A DNA stretch of 64,000 nt from Eledone cirrhosa (taxonomy: Eukaryota). The stretch is taken from contig OZ024745.1 in NCBI GenBank assembly GCA_964016885.1, positions 51,398,001 through 51,462,000 on the forward strand, in the 5' to 3' direction. Positions 40,340-54,769 of this stretch are shown here, one piece after another (the first letter of the stretch is position 1; every line of letters begins with the position of its first letter). The notes under the pieces were generated by a model, which had not been told where the DNA came from, searched no databases, and saw only the letters and a program-made list of their open reading frames with translations. The position numbers were made by a program, and so were the translations under genes.

Positions 40340-43300
40340 CCATATATATATTCCTGTCTGTAGGGCATTAAAGAGTAGAATAGAAATATCTATCCCAGTT
40401 CCCATTCATAGAGTAGCATTTAAATTGACTGTTCCAAAGCTGCGAAAATGATGGAGTGTTAAAACGTTAAAACATGCTCTCATCACAAAATACCTTTGTG
40501 TGTTATTGCATGATGCAGATAATCAGCATGGCGTTTCTGAGAGATTATAAATTACATTAGTGTCCCTTAGTTTGGCAGCAGTAATTTATCACGAAAATAG
40601 AAAAGAAGGAAAAAGCAACTCGTAAATTGTAATACTCTCACTATTTTTTTAATTGTCAAGGAAATGATATTACCTTAAATTCCTAAACATAATTTTTAAC
40701 AAAACAAAAAATAAAGCAAATAAAATAATTTATGAAAAAATCCATTATCACCTTTGCTACTAAATCTATTATTAAGCTAACGCTCCTCAAATGCAAGAAA
40801 ATCCCAACAATTTCTAATTGATTGATCTTCGTGGGTTATGGATTATCAACTGTAGCAATTAATATGTATAAGACACCCGATATATTGGCGATGATTACTT
40901 TAATGTAGTTCCCAGTGTGAGCAGTATCAATTATTTCATTGAGATATTCAAGATGATTCCTAATCAATGCAATTGCACTCTGAGAGCCAGCAATGATCAT
41001 GTATTAACTAGAGTATGGCTTCCATTGACGATGACGACTACGATAATGGTGGTCATGGTGGCGGTAGTAGTTCTGCTGCAGATAATTATAATAGTAGCTA
41101 AATTTCTGACAATTATTGCAATGCTATTGTTAAAATTTCAGAAGAATATACACAAAACGAGTAAAGAAGGAAAAAAGATACGCGGATGTTCTTATTGATC
41201 ATAGTGATAATGAGGTCCATAATGATCGACAATCATTTATCAAACTGAAGGTCAAAGTTTCGATTTCGTTTCTAGTTTAAATACTAATTCCCTTAGGTGC
41301 AGAATGCCAACTTCACAGTATGTACAACTTCTCTCGAAGTGTCAAGCCTTCATAATTCGTAAACAAGCTGGCAATATAAAAGGAACCTAACTATATTCTC
41401 CATTCTTTCACGGAACAGTTTTCATTTGGGAGTTGAGAGAATGTAACAAACAAAAGAATTCAGCTGCTTCACTATTCAATAACATTAATGAAATACAGAA
41501 ATGTGGTAAGTTACTTTCCTAAGGAAATACACGCAAAGAGCTAGGTAGCTTGGCAAAATGACTTATGCTTAAGTTTTGTAAATTATTATACAGTGCAGCT
41601 GGGAATGTAATATGATAAAAGATATCGACAAGAATATGCTAATTATATTTATTAGTTTGTAGTATTGTGCATATGTGAATTTTAACTAGCGATTGTGTCT
41701 GTTATTATATTGAAGATTACTTCAAATTTCATGTTTGGTTCTAAGCTATTCAGAATAATGATTCCTTACAATATTGAATTCCTTTTATCGTACATAAGGG
41801 ACACATTAGAGGGTTAGCATAGCAGCTAAAGTCTGTGCCAGCATAGTGCAGATATTAATTGAACAAAGAAATGAAAGGAAAAACGAAATGGAAACCGATA
41901 ATAATTGAAATCGGAAAATATATTATAAACTAAACAATACTGAATTTCGTGCGAGAAAACTAAACATTCAAAAAACTCGAAATATATGGAAGCGAAAACA
42001 GATGCTGTAACAAAGACTTTGTTTTTATATACGTGTATGTGTCTGTATTTGACCGTGCATACATATGGTGGCATTGATAATAGAGTGTATAGATATACTT
42101 ATATTTATTCATTTTGATACAACACAGCTATGTTTCAGCAAAGGTAGTCAATTGTTTTGTAAGCTTCTTCAGGAATGCTGTCGTGGTAGCCAATTATAAT
42201 ATTTTGTTTTTGGTATAGATGTAGCAGAAACCATATGAATTGAGATATAACCATATATGTGTGTAGGTGTTAATTTCATTAGCTAGGAATTGTTTAACAT
42301 ATTTATAATCCTTGAATTTAATTTTTTTCTATTTTACTGTGTAGGCAGTAAAATCAAGTGGGAGATTGACGAGAAATTCAGTAGATGCAGTATGGGGATC
42401 TTGTAAATTTCGTTATTATAATTCTATGTTAAAGCTGGAAGTAATATTGTTTTGTTTTTTCATCGGTTTAATTCAAAAGCTCCTTCTATAACAATATTAC
42501 CCAATATATACACCTTCGAGTGGTATTTCCTTTTTTTTTTTATTAGATTATGAACAACTGAAGTTACACGTAAACCTAAAACAGGAGGTTTTCTAGATTC
42601 TGTGAAAACATCTCTTACTATTTCACCACAGTAAAGGCGATATGTATTCTTGCATTTGTGTAATTGTTCTGCCTTGACTAATTCAGTATTCCATAGAATT
42701 ATGAACTATGGTGATGTCGTTCTATCCTGAAAAATATTTGATTCGACTTGGACATTTCCTAGCATCAACAATACTTAATTATCTTTACACTAGCTGGCAA
42801 GGGCTTTAGGAATCTAAGTCATCAATATAATTATATGATATCAGAAGGATATCATGTAATGTCAGTAAGCATCGTGATAAGATTACCAACATGCCAGCGT
42901 CGATAAAATAACTACTTATTAAAAAGACAGGAATGGCTCACCATATATGTCGATTGCACATTTCCATTCTTCGATTTAATAACATGAAAATACTTTTTGT
43001 ATATTGTCTATATTTTATATAAGCGTGTGTGTTGTTGGACAAACTTCTATCCCAACGAGCAGTGTTACATTTAATTCAATCGACGGAAGAACCATTTGCT
43101 GAAATTAACTTTCAAGTAACTGCGTATTCCTCTGACACTTGTACACTTAACAAAGTTCTCTGGGGGATTCAGTATGACATATTATGGCAAGGCTGGCTCT
43201 TTGATGTACAGGATTTTGGCAGATGAGGGAAATGGAGCAAGGTGAAATAATGTTTCTCGCTCAATGACACAACAGGCTGGTGTGAATTAGATTCATAACC

Positions 43301-45570
43301 TACGGAACATTAACTGAACATCCTAACCAATAATCCATGACTTCATAATCAAAAATACAATGACAAAAGTTGGACACTGTTGAGGAATATACTAGATAGA
43401 ACTTATTGTCTGGTGATAGCTAGATAATTGTTTCTACATGTGGCAGAAGACCAGCAATTACACCATTACAACATTACTGTTGCTTTATTTTATCGACCCC
43501 GTGAGAATGAATGTAAAAGTTAACCTCATAGGTAAAGTAAACTTCACATCGTAAATTTCCAGTTATTACATTATCAACATTGGGTTCTGTTTTTGAACAT
43601 TTAACCTTAGAGCGAAAATGATTATGGGTATATCAGGTGTTTTATTTATCTTAATTGCTGGATTTGATATTCCATAACCCATCAATATATTACTTCGAAA
43701 GCTGATTCTTTGAAATCAGTAAATCATACGACAGAAGATTCGTAAATGAATATCTGTAGACAGAAAAAAAAAATATTTTTAATTTCTACCTTAGCATACA
43801 GAAATTTAAATCTAATTTATTGCTGCTGATAAATATGCACATAGTTCTAATAGTTCTAAAAGATGCATGGTGGGCTTCATCATTACAATCGTTACCGTGA
43901 CGTTAACCATTCATTAGTGAAAATGATTTGTAATACATATGCTACTATTAATCTTAAGATTTTCTGAAGAATGAGATGTATTTCAAAGCTTGTCTTATTT
44001 AGAGAAAGTAGATTGCACATTTCGTTGGTTACACAGATTACACATTGTTGTAGAACAATAAGTTGCTGCTATAGAAAATGGAGATCCTTACAATATTCAT
44101 TTGTCAAATTATACTTTAAATCCACAACCTTATACTCTTTCTGTGAAAGGCAACACGTATATCCAATATACTATTCAATCATATAATCACAATAGGCACG
44201 CATGAATCAATACTGAAATTGCATGATGCCTTTTATGCGGCAAATCTACCTAATTCCTATTAGGATATATGATAATACATTACTTGAACAGTCCTTTTAA
44301 AATCTTATATCCACATTGATTCCAGATGCTCTGTCTAAAGAAATAGTCACATTAAAAGAACTAAGGAATGATAAGCAAACCAAATATTGTAAATGAAAAA
44401 CAAAATTGTTCTGAAAATATCTAACATCTGATATTAGCATTAGAAGAAATGATACATGTTTATACATACAGACACACACACATGCTCACACACTCATCCC
44501 CAATCACACACACACAAAAACAAAGCACCCACCCACACACCCATATATGCATGTTGGTATAGTGACTGAAAACAGGGATAAGTGTATTGTAGGAAATTTA
44601 TTTCTTACTGGAGAACATAATTGAAATAATGGGTGAGTTGTTTTCTGGTAATAAAATTGTAATTTTATCGTTGTTTATTTGTTCTCAAATTCGCCAGACG
44701 TATCTCTAAGAGTTAGTGTGTGTTGTGGCATAGTAATAAGTGGAAGTACAAATACGTATATAAAATTGTATACACAGGTTTGGGATACGGCTCTCCTGGA
44801 ACCAGGCTGTAGAAGAATGTCACTCAAGATCACGATTCTCTGTACAAGAGGCTCCACAGATAATACACAAAGGAGAAGGAAGAGAGGAAACCCCTGACGA
44901 GCGGATCAATCCAGCTTCTGAAACAAGCTGCTTGCAGAGCATCCTCCCCATAGCGAGGATATACGCAGCCGAAAGCATTTGAATATTCCAAACTGATCAG
45001 TAAACCACAACATTCTGCTCTCCTTCATACGCATTCAACGATGTATGTCGTAAGATGTAATGGATAGATCTGACAGGGAATGCACAGTTTTCCCCGTCTC
45101 ACTTTTAAATCAGTAGATCTGCTATCAACGTTTATCAAGTTATCTTGTCAAGAAGGTTTCACATTTTTTCTAGGACACGCTTTCTCTGCGCCATTTTCAA
45201 AAACGTACAGCGTATGGTAAATGATTTGCATTAAATTTAAAAAAACCTTTTGCCTGACGCATTAGCGAAAGAAATTCTTTCCGGGTATCTATGCAATTTA
45301 CTTATCGAAACGCTTGAACAATATCTGCGAAGGCATTTTGATAACGCCAATGTCAGAAATAGTAACGGTCACCATCAACAGTTACCCGCCTCTGTTTCTG
45401 CTGGAATCTGCCTGATGTCTCTAGTCACCAACTTCTAAAATCCTTTCAAATAGTTATCCGTAAAGATACCGTGTGTCGCTGGACATACAAATACATACTT
45501 ATATATACACAGCTATCTTGAAGCAAACACCTTAATTATATATATATACATACATATATATATATATACA

Positions 45571-45717
<147 letters not shown>

Positions 45718-46588
45718 TCATACATATATATATATATATATATGTATGAATATACATATATATATGTGTGTGTGTCTATATCTGTGTGTGTGTGTGTGTG
45801 TGTCTGTGTGTCTGTGTGTGTGTATATATATATTATACTTAAGCTTTGTTTCTAGCTCTTAGTTGAAGTTGCGGCATATAGGGGAAAGATCAATATTCCT
45901 GTCCTGTGTCCATTCCATACTGCGCCATTTGCACTGGATCTAGAAGTATCGATCTTAATATCCGAAACCATAAGGATTTCCATGTATTTCATCCGTTTCC
46001 CCGTTGACTTTCGCCAACCTTTTTATTCGTTTTGCATGATTTTAGCCACGTGGCACAGGTTTTCACATTAATATGTATTTAAGCTTTGCACAGGATTCTT
46101 TCTCTATTATTTCCCCTCTTTCTATTTCTTATTTAGTCTCTTTCTCACTTCGCCTCCTGCCTGCGTTCTATGTTCTCCCCACTCATTCTTTTTCTCACTT
46201 AATCGCCCAGTTCCTTCTGTGATATGGCTGTCTATATAGGATAACTTCCAAACGAACAATTTTTCTCACTTCCCCTTCTGGTCGTACATTCTCTTCTTGA
46301 CTAAAATGTCGGGCTTTGTTCCTATCTCTTCTTTCCTGTAGCAGCACACTGGTAAATGGCAAATATATATTTCTAAATACTCGAGAAACAAATCGTCTTG
46401 TCTTGTGTCCATTTGTTACTGCCTTATGTGCACTGGATCATGTGGTATCCTTCTTAAAGCATAGAAATCACGATGACCACTAGCGAAGGACTAATGAGGA
46501 AGGACTACCCTGTGTTTAATCCGATTATTCGTTGTCTTCACCCAGCTTTTTAAATTCATTTTGTATGATCTTAGCCACGCGGACACGT

Positions 46589-46630
<42 letters not shown>

Positions 46631-46734
46631 CACGGGGGCGGCTACACATCACGTCTTTCCATCGAATACTTTGTTCTCAGGTTCAAGAGATACATCCCTC
46701 TCCTAGTTTGGCACACACACACATAGGTGTATGC

Positions 46735-46881
<147 letters not shown>

Positions 46882-47449
46882 TGTGTGTATGTGTGTGTGT
46901 GTGTGTGTGTGAGTCTGTGTCCATCGGCATGTGTATATAACATCTTTTTCGTATATATTTAATAGGGTTATTATAAGTTGTTTAACATATTTAATATACA
47001 AATTTAGCACACATCCTCAAGGAGAAAAAAGTTATTGAATTTCTTTAAAGACATTTTGCATAATTAATTTTAATAGTGATTCCTTCATATGACTAGACGC
47101 TTAATAATATATTCTAATGTCTTCCTGTTTAGAATAGACTTGGAGATTTTTACATTAAAATATTTCATGTAGTTTCTGGAAAATGTACACGATATATTTT
47201 GTTTGAGCATTAGATGTGTCGAAATATAGACACTGTTTGCTATTGTATGACGACATGATATATTATATGATGAACATTTCTATTAACTGTTTTCTTCACA
47301 TAACTATCCAGCTGCGAACAACATAGACTCGTCTACTATATCTGAAAGTCTCATTCTAGCGAAAAATGAGATCACTTGATTCAGTCTATGCATTAAATTA
47401 TTTTTCAAGATACTATCTAGTTCATATTATTATATATAGGTTATATAAG

Positions 47450-47957
47450 GGCGGTGGATTGGCAGTATTGGTAGAGGGTCGGACGCCATTCTTTGACGCA
47501 TAGAGTTACGGCCCTTGCCATTCTGAGTTCAAATCCCGCCGAGGTTAACTTTGCCTTTCATCCTTACGGGGTCGATAAAATAAAGTACCAGTAATACACT
47601 GGGTAATTGCTGGCCTTGTGCCTAACGTAGAAACAATTATTATATATAGGTTATATAAGGGCGGTGGATTGGAAGTATCGGTAGAGGGTCGGACGCCATG
47701 CTTTGCAGCATAGAGTTACGGCCCTTTATGGTCTGAGTTCAAATCCCGCCGAGGTTAACTTTGCCTTTCATCCTTCTGGGGTCGATAAAATAAAGTACAA
47801 GTAATACACTGGGATAATTGCTGGCCTTGTGCCTAAAGTTGAAACAATTATTATATATAGGTTAACTTTGTCTTTCATCCTTACGGGATCGATAAAATAA
47901 AGTACCAGTAATGCACTGGGATAATTTCTGGCCGTGTGCCAATAGTAGAAACAATTA
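47450..47957 (+). mobile_element. Tandem array of tRNA-derived SINEs (two full, one 5'-truncated)
   Basis: Copies at 47450-47640, 47660-47850 and 47860-47957, each preceded by attattatatataggtta. Confidence 0.88.
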
Positions 47958-49697
47958 TATATATTAATTTATGCCTGTTCTTTGTAAAATCAACGTATAT
48001 CAGATTCCATTCTTCATTTCATCCATTACGTAACTAACAGATAGATACATCCGTGTGACATATTGCTTTTATCTACCCATAAGAATATAACATGTGTAAA
48101 TATGAAATTCATTAATATGAAATCATTACTTTCAGGAAATTATTGGCATGAAACATCTGATCTCATATAGTGGGATTATATTGATGAATTGTATTTTATT
48201 ACAGAATGTGTAAGTTATTTATAATTAACACACCCGTGTGATTGGTTATACTTCTATTGATTAAAATATCTTATTGAGTACTCATACTTTGTTGTTTTTA
48301 TAATAAACATCTCGTATATAATTATTTAGATGCAACACAAGGGAAGTTTTCAAAATGTGCTATATATCTTTGAGAATTTGACATCATCATGCAGGAAATT
48401 AACATGATCAATTTTGACATAATTTGAAAAATAATACTGCATGCATTAAATAATATAACGTGCATAAATTCAAAACCATGACCAGAATTGCAATGTCAAA
48501 TGGCGATTCGTTTGGAAGTGTTCTTCGTTTCACACCTAATTTTTTGTGTGCTCTAAATAATGTCGGTTTGTCTAGCTAATGCTTCTGAGTAAAATTGAGC
48601 TCTAACTTTTTTTGAAAATGCGAGTTACCTCATTTTGTTACACTTATTCAAATTCCAATTTGAAAGACTGTGTATATGTATATGAAAATTACCGTGCAAT
48701 TTGTAGATGTATTTACAATATAGTAATATGAAAGAAATTTTAATTTCAAGTTTGAAGATCTAAGATATTATATAAAAGGTATATATAATATTAAACTAAC
48801 ATTTGAAGTGTAATTAATAACTTATAGATTAATTTACCATATGCACTGTTATTATCTATAATTTTCAAAACGTAATAGTTGCCAGAATATGTAGTTTAGT
48901 TATCAAAATGCCTAGCGGTATTTGTTTATAACTATTTATGCTGAGGCTGACATGTTTTCGTCCAGCTACAGTTAATTCAATAAGTACCAGTTAAGTTGCA
49001 GAACGGTTTAATTTAATGTAGGTGTAGCCTTCCAGCAATATTAGAAATCATCATTCAAAATTAAAGAGTGTAGTTAATTACATCTCTTGATGTTCTAAAT
49101 TGAGATTCCACTGGGGTCATCTGTGCGTTCAACTGGAATTGATAACATGCGTTAAGTATTGCTGGCATTTAATGAATATGCTACTTCTCTAATGTCTGTA
49201 GCATTGTGTCAGTGTAAGAAATAGTTAACCAACATTAAATCACTTGTTCGTTTCATTCAAACGAATGAGTCAAGGTATGCGAAAGAGACAAAATAGTTCA
49301 ATATTTGGCTTAAGAAACGGACAAAAGAAGAAACACAGAAAAGCTAATCAAAAGTATAAAAAGGTCGTAAAGAAATAGAATTGAAAGTTTTATATTATTC
49401 ATAGAAGAATATGTCACGATTTTTAACGATTCTCTGCCAATAAATATTTTATGATTTTCACTTCAGTACGTATAGAGTATTATATATATGTACATATGTA
49501 CCTATATATGTATGTATGTTCTGATTTTCATAATTTTATAAATTTCACCAATACAGAGAGAGTCGGTTTCCAACAAGACTTTCTCATTGGGATTTATACA
49601 ACTACAACATCAACTAAGTGGATATGTATGTATGTATGTTTGCATGCGTGCGTGTGTGTGTAGGTAAGGATATTATTGTATGTGTGGATGTATATAT

Positions 49698-50485
49698 ACA
49701 CCCAACTCATATGGTGATTAGGCTTTGAAGGGGCGGCAGAAATGTATATCCATTCAACGTTTCTACAAATTTAAGGATTATATATATTTATATATATATA
49801 TATGTACATATATATATATATATTTGTGTGTGTGTGCTTGCGAGACGTGTGGACAGCGTGTGAAGAATTCATTTCTTGTGTTTAGGCAATCACTATTGCA
49901 TAATCTCTTTAGAATATTTATTCGTTCATCAATACATAGTCCACACGACGGATTTCCCCTTCCGTATGGCTTGGACTTAGTGATGACTTTCCATTGAATG
50001 GAGTAGTCTATACTTGAGTCCTTGAGGGACCATACGTGGCTCGCGAAATTCGTGGATGAACGTCTGTCCGGGTACCTAAAGGTCGACTGGTGGTTCAGGG
50101 AACGTTCCCTAAATCGGCCCTCCGCCATGCCCACATAGGATTTGACCTCCTGTGGTTGGTTTGGTCGGTTGGAAGTGACCACAGCTTCATAAATTACAGC
50201 GGGTGTGTTGCATTACTTTTGAAGGGGGCAAGCTTCGGGCGTACGGCAAGAGCACCCTGGTGGGGTGTTGCTCCTAGGGCTGCTGGTGATGTTGGCCTTC
50301 ATGTTCTTAGCGCAGGTGTATCCTAGTTTTACTTTGTGTCGGTTAAAGATGGAGCGGTATTTATGACCTATGGGAAAGTGTCTATCTAAGAGGGCTAGAA
50401 ATTTTTTGCCAGGGTGCTCTTGCCGTAAGCCCGAAGCTTGGACTGAGTGCGCTACCACTACGGATATTACCTTCCAATGTTCTAC

Positions 50486-50527
<42 letters not shown>

Positions 50528-50702
50528 GATAACAAGTTATCGTTATAGGTAATCCAGTTAGAAGTTGTGAGTGCTCTGTGTCGTGGATAGTTTTATCGTG
50601 CGGCTTTTTAGCGAACTCTAGACGCACACGATCAACGAAACAATTGTCATTACTTTAAATAAAGCCCTTATTGTACAGCCAACCATGATAATCTTCATTC
50701 AT

Positions 50703-50743
<41 letters not shown>

Positions 50744-50905
50744 GTTATATATAAATATATAAATAAACGCAAGCACACACACACATATATGTATATACAT
50801 TTATATATATATGCATATATATATAACCCTTAAATTTGTAGAAACGTTGAATGGATAGACATATCTGCCGCCCTTCAAAGCTTAATCACCATATGAGTTG
50901 GGTGT
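49698..50905 (-). mobile_element. Penelope-like element (Neptune/Naiad-type) 3' fragment with inverted pLTRs
   Basis: GIY-YIG coding fragment flanked by inverted ~80-bp repeats (49698-49777 and 50826-50905) containing GAAACGTT. Confidence 0.8.
49830..50410 (-). pseudogene. PLE linker + GIY-YIG endonuclease fragment
   Basis: FLALLDRHFP..IFNRHKVKLGYTC..CSC....CPL..C..VIYEA..YVGMAEGRFRER..NH..CGLCIDE..LNTRNE..CPH, with one in-frame TAA at 50213. Confidence 0.85.
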
Positions 50906-51669
50906 AAATCCCAACAAAACCTAAGTACCTTTACACGTCACTATTGTAACAAATTATACTTAACTCAACATATGGACTGAGTACTCTTACATTTGTATAT
51001 TTCTACCAAGCTTGTGTTACAGTATATATACCATAGGTGCATGGCGTATTAAGGCCATGGGAGAGAGGTATGAAAAACAAAACACCTCTATTCACACTGG
51101 TGCATGCCAGATGGTCCGCTACACGTGACATTAAGAACCTTTTACGACTGCTGAGTTATCTTCAACACAGCTGAACCTTCTGTTATCGAGGAGCGTGAGG
51201 CGGCCTAAGCGACATGGAGCCAGCTTGGCCTCCGCCCTGTGAACATCTATTCCCCTCTCCTTTTTTTAGACATTCCGTGGGGATTGGCCAATTATCTGGG
51301 TTATCACATGCTGTGACACCTCTAATGGCAAACTGTCCAAATATCGGCCGCTCCCTGATAAGTTTATGGTAGCGCCTATAGTAGAGGAGACTTCCGGTGT
51401 TCTTGGATCTCATACCACATCCCAACTCACTGCTATCGGTACGAACCCTGTGAGTTGGAGCGGCTGTTTCAGCGCGTCTCCCTCACCGTCCCCGGGGGCA
51501 ATATATTTGCCATCTTGTCGGCCGGGATCCAGAGGCGGAAGGTAAATTAATTGGAGGTGGATGATACTCATTTATCTCTATTTCTTTAAAATCTTCTTCG
51601 TTATACCTATATTTATTAAAATTATGTTTTTCAAATATGGAGGGCCGAAAGTTATCAAGGAATTATAGT

Positions 51670-52350
51670 TACCTGTCAGAAGATATGGCAACAAAGTGGC
51701 CAAAGGAGTGGACCCAATCAATGATGAGACCGATTCACAAAAACGGAAACCTAAAGTTTTGCCAGAACTACGGGACAATCTGCCTAATTAACCACTCCGG
51801 TAAATTACTACTAAGAGATCTTGTAAATACTTAAGGGAAAGGAATAGGAAATCTTGGCGGAAGAACAGGCAGGATTTAGGCCCCAAAAAGTAAATATCAG
51901 TTAACATCAGACAGCTCACTGAGAAACACCTAAAGCACCAACTGCCCTCTACCATAACATCATCGACTTTAAAAAAAGCTTTTGACCGCGTTTGGCATGA
52001 GGGTTTGTGGAAGTTGATGAAGGATTACAACTGTGTGTTCAACCTCGTTGAAGTCACAAAAAACATTGTATGATAACTGGAACGGTGCAGTTTCTGAATA
52101 ACAACAATGAAGAATTCTTCAGAACAACAGTGAAAAAACTGATGCTTGCCTTGTCTGGTCATATATCCCACCACAACTCCTTCTACAAAATCAACCTTCA
52201 GGGCACAGTTGAAGGAGGGTGAAGAACAGGCAAACAAAGAAAATTCTGGTCCGACAATATCAAAGACTGGATTAGTCACAACTGAGATCCTTCTACGTAT
52301 GACGGGAATAGAGACCGCTGGAGACAACTGAAAGCTAAAGCGTCTAGATT
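51670..52350 (+). mobile_element. RTE/BovB-like LINE remnant
   Basis: WPKEWTQS..PIHK.GN...CQNY.TICLINHSGKLL, EEQAGFR, IDFKKAFDRVWHEGLW, LQGTVEGG. Confidence 0.75.
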
Positions 52351-52815
52351 GGCAACCCGACGATTAGCTGTACAGGGTCAAGAAGCATGATGATGATAAT
52401 GATGATGAAACATAATGATGAAATTTTAACATGATGTTAAAATTTTAGTTATGCCACTGAAAAGCGCAAGTGGACAACATGAAAATTCGATAATGGGGTT
52501 TGATCGCTACATAAGAAGCAGTACCCCTGGCTTACATCGAGCAGTGGAATGATCACTGGTCTAAGTTTTTAGAAGAAATACATCTTTCCTAATATGTGTG
52601 TTTCTCTTAGCGTTAATTCGAATAGGTTTATAGACAGGCCCCATATAACGCATTAATATACTTTCCAATTCAATGTATATTTAAGGATGCAGCTGGTGTT
52701 TAGAATTAACTAACGTCAATAGTGCAACCCATTATGTTCTACGTAGGCTGAATTGATTTGTAACCAAATTGTTACATTATGTTTATCTACACACACACAC
52801 ACGCGCTCACAACAC

Positions 52816-52877
<62 letters not shown>

Positions 52878-52911
52878 ATACATACATGCATATATATATA
52901 TATACATACAT

Positions 52912-52942
<31 letters not shown>

Positions 52943-52971
52943 CATACATATACATACATATATATATATAT

Positions 52972-53031
<60 letters not shown>

Positions 53032-53105
53032 ATACTTGGGGAGGGTCATATTTGTGTAATATTGCCAGAATTAATAATATATATGTACGTATATATATAT
53101 ACACG

Positions 53106-53165
<60 letters not shown>

Positions 53166-54769
53166 TACAAATATTTTTTGAAAATATTTGTATTATAATA
53201 TTCATGAATAAATTAAACAAAAAATAATATGACAATGAGTCAGTTCATAAAGAGGATTAAAAATATAGAAATGTATAAGTCAGACAGAAAAATCTCACAC
53301 CAAGATAAAACAGGAGAATACATGATATAGAAAGGATGCTGAAGGAAACACGCATATAGGAGAAAGTGTGAGTTCTAGTCAAGAGGAAAATCGATCAATC
53401 AATCAATAGATTATTAATAAACAGAGACAAATATAATTGAAAGTTGACGTGCTAAAAAAGAAAATGAAGCTGAAAAAACTATTATTGATATAAAAGTTTG
53501 CGGAAATACCTCAGTTATTGATTCATTCATATACATATTTATAAGAACATAAAACATTTTTTATGAAATCTAAGTAGACATCTGGTTGTTTAAATATCTG
53601 AATGGATGAAAATGGTAGCTTATAAAATGCACTGTGTATTATTTATTAACATATCTAAGAATAAAATAATTTTATTTTCAGCGGATAATGATGTGACAGC
53701 TAATGTAAAGCTGTTTATTTCATATCTGCATGTTACGTATCTGTAATGAGGAGGATGTACAGATCTCCACAATAAATAATGTTTCCTTAGTGTTTATTTG
53801 ACAAATGTAGTGATTAAAACGAAATTAGCACCAATAAAATGTTTCATTGGAAAGTTAGTTATTATTATTAGCATTATTATTATTGCTTCGTGTCTAGACA
53901 CAACGTCTTAAATCGCTCTGTAAGTTTGTTCCGTTTTCACAGTTGCACAACATATCTTATAGAAATTTAGTAACTCATTTGAAGTTAATCTAACCAGTAT
54001 ATTCGTGATCTGGTTAGTTTATCTCTACTTGTAGGCTCAAAGGGGTAAAGCTGTGATTATTTATTAAACATGCCACTCAGTGTTTTGTTGAAATTAAGAT
54101 TATGGACAAAAATTGTGCATCCACTAAACAGAATTATCGGCTGTCCATAGAATGAAATAGTGAAAATTCAGAAAACAGTATCAGCAGCGGTAGCATCAAT
54201 TAAAACAAAGCAACAGTATTAGTTGCAGCAGTAAGAATACAACAAAAACAACCAACATCTAAAATCACGTTCAGGAAGCACGAATAAATTAGATGTTCCA
54301 CCACTGTGAATGTCTATTACTGTGAAAACCGGTGCCCCCACCATAATGACAGTAAGCACAGTAAAAACCAACACAACTAATACCACCATCACCACACCAC
54401 CACCATCACTATTGCAAAACCTGAAACAAAAACAAAAATAACAGTAACACAGGCAGTAACAGCAACACAAATAACATACACAATATTAACAACAATAACA
54501 GCTATAAAAATAATAATAATAAAAATAACAACAACAATAACAACAGCAACAACAACAACAAAAATACTTTTGTCGAAGAAAAGGACACATGTTTAGCTCA
54601 ACCAGCCAAACTAATAAAATTGAAAAAAGCCTGGGCTGGCTTAGCAATCCAACGCCCCCGAGGTGTTGGCAGAAATGCAGAAAAATATGGCCACTTACAA
54701 ATGCCTATCCACAAACATTAAACGTCCGGTGTGCAACACGATGGCAAATAGTTTACGGGCATTTCAGTT

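Noticed and set aside
42125-42178. Minus-strand CUGAAGA agc..gcu GAAA
   Set aside because: The triplet would be GUG and stem I does not pair; at most a relic.
44890-44980. CUGACGA followed by two GAAA motifs
   Set aside because: There is no valid NUH after stem III (caag/cuug is followed by CA) and no stem I; possible PLE relic but unsupported.
46020-46592. ~40-bp imperfect direct repeat about 530 bp apart
   Set aside because: Too short and diverged to assign; no ribozyme core or ORF.
47450-47545. tRNA gene
   Set aside because: A and B boxes are present but there is no cloverleaf, and the head is attached to a dispersed repeat body with TSDs, so it is a SINE.
51050-51560. GC-rich stretch upstream of the RTE remnant, considered as an HDV-like ribozyme or 5' UTR
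   Set aside because: I could not build the nested double pseudoknot by eye; it needs an RNArobo/Infernal search.
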